A stretch of 43,267 nt of DNA, taken from the NCBI GenBank assembly GCA_021782175.1, contig JAJXVL010000002.1, forward strand, positions 1-43,267, in the 5' to 3' direction. Each line of letters opens with the position of its first letter. Position 1 is the stretch's first letter. Of this stretch, positions 41,740-43,267 are shown piece after piece. The notes below the pieces were generated by a model. It saw only the letters and a list, made by a program, of their open reading frames with translations. It did not search any database and was not told the origin of the DNA. Origin of the DNA: a bacterium (GTDB lineage: Bacteria; Patescibacteriota; Minisyncoccia; Phycocordibacterales; PALSA-1337). The position numbers and the translations under genes are program-made.

Positions 41740-43005
41740 ATGAGCACACACAAAAAAGCAGCCCATTCTGCCAAGCATTCTCGTCGTTCGACAGCACACA
41801 AAGCCCCAGCCAAAAAACCCTCAGCTCGTCCTTCTTCCAAGACCAAGGTCAAAGCCAAATCAACCAAGAGTAAGGTCAAATCTGCCAAATCAATCGGATC
41901 TGGCAAGGCCACTTCCGCCGCCAAGAACTTGGAAGCCAAGGCCACTATTCTGATCCAGAAAGGCCGTGACCGTGGTTTCGTGACATACGATGAAATTCTC
42001 AAGGAGTTTCCACAAATCGAAAATGACATTGTCTTTTTGGATGAGCTCTATGGTCAATTGTCTACTGCCGGCGTGGATATTCTCGAAGGTGGAGGTATTC
42101 TCGAAGTTGAAGAACTCAAGGAAAAGGAGAAGAAGCAGATGCCGCATTATTCGCGCGGCGGATCTGATAGCGCTTATGACTCGATCCAGATGTATCTGAA
42201 GGAGATCGGTCAGTATTCACTCATCAACGCCGCTCAAGAAAAAGAGCTAGCTCGCCGCATCCAGAACGGTGATCTAGAAGCCAAGAACCTGCTAGCCAAG
42301 GCCAATTTGCGTCTAGTTGTTTCCATTGCCAAGAAGTATGTTGGTCGTTCACCCGACCTCACGCTCCTGGATCTTATCCAAGAAGGTAATCTGGGCTTGT
42401 TCCGTGCCGTGGATAAGTTCGATTGGACCAAGGGTTACAAATTCTCAACTTATGCTACTTGGTGGATTCGCCAAGCTATTACACGCGCTCTAGCCGATCA
42501 GTCTCGTACTATTCGTGTACCGGTCCATATGGTTGAGACGATTGCCAAATACAAGCAAGTAGTCCGCCGTTTGATGCAGGATCTGGGCCGCGAACCCTTG
42601 CCTGATGAAATCGCCACCGAAATGGGCATGGATGTCGAAAAGATCTATCAGATCGAGAAAATCGAGCAAGATGTGGTGTCACTCGAATTGCCTGTTGGTG
42701 ATGATGGTGATGACAGCAAGTCCACTCTGCAGGATTTCATTCCGGACGACAAAATCCTTTCACCGGATCAGGAATCATCCCGTCGTATTTTGCGTGATCA
42801 GGTCAACACCATCTTGAATGATTTGTCAGATAAAGAACGCCAGATTCTAGAGTTGCGTCATGGTTTGAACGATGGTATTACGCATACCCTCGAAGAAGTC
42901 GGCCGCGTCTTCAACGTCACTCGCGAGCGTATTCGCCAGATTGAAGCCAAAGCTCACGAGAAGATCCGTCAGCACGATCAGTCCAATAGGCTCAAGAACT
43001 ACTAA
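41740..43005 (+). CDS. rpoD: Primary (group 1) sigma-70 factor with a lysine-rich N-terminal tail
   Basis: Region 2.4 ([13 protein letters not shown]), region 3, and the region 4.2 HTH ([23 protein letters not shown]) are present. It sits immediately after dnaG, as in MMS operons. Confidence 0.9.
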   Translation: MSTHKKAAHSAKHSRRSTAHKAPAKKPSARPSSKTKVKAKSTKSKVKSAKSIGSGKATSAAKNLEAKATILIQKGRDRGFVTYDEILKEFPQIENDIVFLDELYGQLSTAGVDILEGGGILEVEELKEKEKKQMPHYSRGGSDSAYDSIQMYLKEIGQYSLINAAQEKELARRIQNGDLEAKNLLAKANLRLVVSIAKKYVGRSPDLTLLDLIQEGNLGLFRAVDKFDWTKGYKFSTYATWWIRQAITRALADQSRTIRVPVHMVETIAKYKQVVRRLMQDLGREPLPDEIATEMGMDVEKIYQIEKIEQDVVSLELPVGDDGDDSKSTLQDFIPDDKILSPDQESSRRILRDQVNTILNDLSDKERQILELRHGLNDGITHTLEEVGRVFNVTRERIRQIEAKAHEKIRQHDQSNRLKNY

Positions 43006-43020
43006 AAAGTTACTCTAAAC

Positions 43021-43046
43021 AAAAAACAGCCCGTGGGCTGTTTTTT
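43021..43046. terminator. Bidirectional rho-independent terminator after rpoD
   Basis: AAAAAACAGCC cgtg GGCTGTTTTTT. Confidence 0.8.
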
Positions 43047-43064
43047 GTAAATCACTAAATCTTA

Positions 43065-43267
43065 TTAGGATTTGCTGGTAGTTGAGGCAATACCCGATGG
43101 GGTAGAAGTACCAATCGTACTTGTAGCCATACTGTTCCCCGTGTAGCGAACTGTTGAGAGGATTTCTTCAACGGCCTTTTGATCGTTGGGCAAATATTTA
43201 CCGGAAGAGGTGAAGATCGCGATACCCAAACCATCGTGAGTCGAATGGGGAATCAGATAGAAAGGGA
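43065..43267 (-). CDS. C-terminal fragment of a minus-strand CDS entering from the right edge (family unknown)
   Basis: The frame is open from the window edge to TAA (43065-43067 on the + strand). It ends ...FTSSGKYLPNDQKAVEEILSTVRYTGNSMATSTIGTSTPSGIASTTSKS*. 67 codons are visible. Confidence 0.4.
   Translation of the reverse strand, partial: PFYLIPHSTHDGLGIAIFTSSGKYLPNDQKAVEEILSTVRYTGNSMATSTIGTSTPSGIASTTSKS

Overview
43.3-kb bacterial chromosomal window, read with the standard code. It is densely coding, with about 42 CDS. I found no rRNA, tRNA, CRISPR array, transposase, integrase or reverse transcriptase.

Housekeeping blocks:
- rpoB-rpoC (32215-39131)
- dnaG-rpoD (39880-43005)
- aspS
- rpsP plus a KH-domain protein
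- trmD
- an NrnA-like DHH phosphoesterase, a cyclophilin and a PD-(D/E)XK nuclease
- trxA

Between these blocks lies a membrane, redox and transport complement:
- type II NADH dehydrogenase
- two unusual P-type ATPases: a P1B-like pump with CAD in place of CPC, and a P3A proton-pump-like enzyme
- at least four DoxX-family membrane proteins, one apparently a tandem fusion translationally coupled to an FAD-linked oxidase
- an ApbE / FMN-binding-domain flavinylation pair
- an ABC-2 exporter
- two paralogous ECF sigma / membrane anti-sigma-like pairs, one heading a MacAB-like efflux operon
- a membrane-embedded histidine kinase with an OmpR-type regulator

The short RpoB, the AspRS lacking its GAD insertion, broken-up classical operons and many -10 boxes only 6-10 nt from the ATG suggest a reduced-genome lineage such as CPR/Patescibacteria. 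That is inference only.

The best candidates for something undescribed are non-coding. The first is a roughly 105-nt hairpin element present twice, in opposite orientations (4015-4122 and 15232-15335). Its core is 52/55 nt identical, while the outer stems are unrelated in sequence yet fully self-complementary in both copies. The second is an adjacent promoter-equipped multi-stem RNA candidate (4169-4277) inside the largest non-coding gap of the window.

The second tier is the DoxX / flavinylation / NDH-2 extracytosolic redox theme, which includes an ApbE with no export signal.

All protein family calls come from motif recognition by eye. None was confirmed by search.
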